Source: Podarcis tiliguerta
Taxonomy: Eukaryota
Assembly: GCA_965153285.1 (NCBI GenBank)
Contig: OZ229115.1
Reading direction: 5' to 3' (one strand)
Length of the DNA: 64,000 nt
Under the pieces are notes generated by a model. It worked only from the letters and a program-made list of their open reading frames with translations. It was not told where the DNA came from and did not search any database. A program made the position numbers and the translations under genes. Position 1 is the first letter of the stretch. Every line of letters begins with the position of its first letter. Of this stretch, positions 62,757 to 64,000 are shown in pieces.

Positions 62757-64000
62757 AATAGATGTCTGCCTTGTTCAGGTGTAATGTGTCACATGATTAC
62801 AATTGCATGATGAGGAAAGTGGGGAAATGTTTGCTGGTCCTGTCCCTACCATCCCATCACCCAGCTGCCCCCTGCCAGCACTGTGTCGGAAGGAAAGATC
62901 TGAAAAGTGGCACCAGCTCTGTGTGCACAGATTCCCTCGCATGACTCAGAAGTAAGACTAAGAGAGGGCACCATTTTCTGTTCAGTCTTGTAATGTCGCA
63001 TGTAGCACTGTTTCTTTTCTGCTGCAGTTCATTTCCCTGCCCCAAAGGGGCATTATTTGTTGCACTGTCTGCTGTGGCAAAATTGTGAGGCTTGCGTGAC
63101 TTACATAATCAAGTGGATAGACTATGTTCTCATTGTGTTATTCCACCCTGCATTTGTTTCTCTGCAGACGAAACACAATGCAAATGGGGAAGAGAAAACG
63201 TAATCAATTACACATTATTTGAGGACTGAAAGCAACAACCAAAGTGGTCCATCTAAAAGAGAGCATCCTATCTTCCTTCAAGCATGATACAAATGGAGTG
63301 GTGGTGGAATTGGGGAATGAAGATTTACTACCAATTCAGTACCAGTTCTCACATAAGAGGGACGGGGAGCCTTTTTCAGCCCAAGGGTCACATTCCCTCA
63401 TGGGTAATCTTTCTGGGGCCACATTCAAGCGGTGTGCAGGGCCAGATGTGAAAAATGGCAGCTGTCTTTATACAGCATGTTTCTATGCTCACATATGTTT
63501 CCCATGCCACACAGCTCTCCCATTTTTGCTCCATACAAGTAAGGGACATTATTGATAGTTCAAGAACACATTCCAACCAGGCACTTCAGGAGAACATGTT
63601 CAGGTAAGAGACCAGATGGCCACATTTGGCCACCAAGCCTGAGGTTCACCACCTGTAAGCTAGAATGGCTGAGAAAAACAGGAGAAGCAAATGGCAGTTG
63701 GTTCCGGCCTAGCCAAGGAGCAGGCCTTGTTGTGTCACCTCTTCCTCAGATACAGCCAGGTGGAACAGGATTACACACACAACTATTTTTATTTGTAAGC
63801 AGTTGCTGACATGGCATAAAGACCCAACTAAAGAACAGAAATAGAATAGGAAGCAAGGAACCTGGAAGAGGGTGGTGTTGCAGACGGTTGTATAAGACAT
63901 AAAATATTTTAGGGAAGACCTTGTGGCCTTGCAGCTGCAGGCAATGTAGATTTTTGCTACATTGCTACTATTTTGTTATATGAGGATACAGATTAGAAGG

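Overview
Non-coding, repeat-rich vertebrate DNA from a squamate reptile, most likely a lacertid lizard (inferred from the Sauria/Squam1-type SINE, Squam3-like SINEs and the BovB, CR1 and L2 LINEs). I could not recognise any host protein-coding exon, RNA gene or CRISPR array, so the window is probably intronic or intergenic. The only substantial coding sequence is an essentially full-length but inactivated BovB (RTE-clade) LINE at 14908-18128 with an 11-bp target-site duplication (TSD). Two 5'-truncated BovB copies, several CR1 and L2 3' fragments, tRNA-derived SINEs, many hAT and Tc1/mariner MITEs, microsatellites and two assembly gaps are also present. The best-supported unusual observations are: (1) repeated nesting of hAT MITEs at TCTAG sites, twice at the same variant position of a host MITE's inverted arms; (2) one palindromic MITE core carried by several different terminal inverted repeats (TIRs), including a SPIN-like one; (3) a CpG-rich unclassified segment at about 41.1-41.5 kb; (4) several repeat-free, motif-dense blocks that look like enhancers. 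Repeat family names come from my recall of consensus sequences, not from a database search. I do not see strong evidence for a novel gene system.
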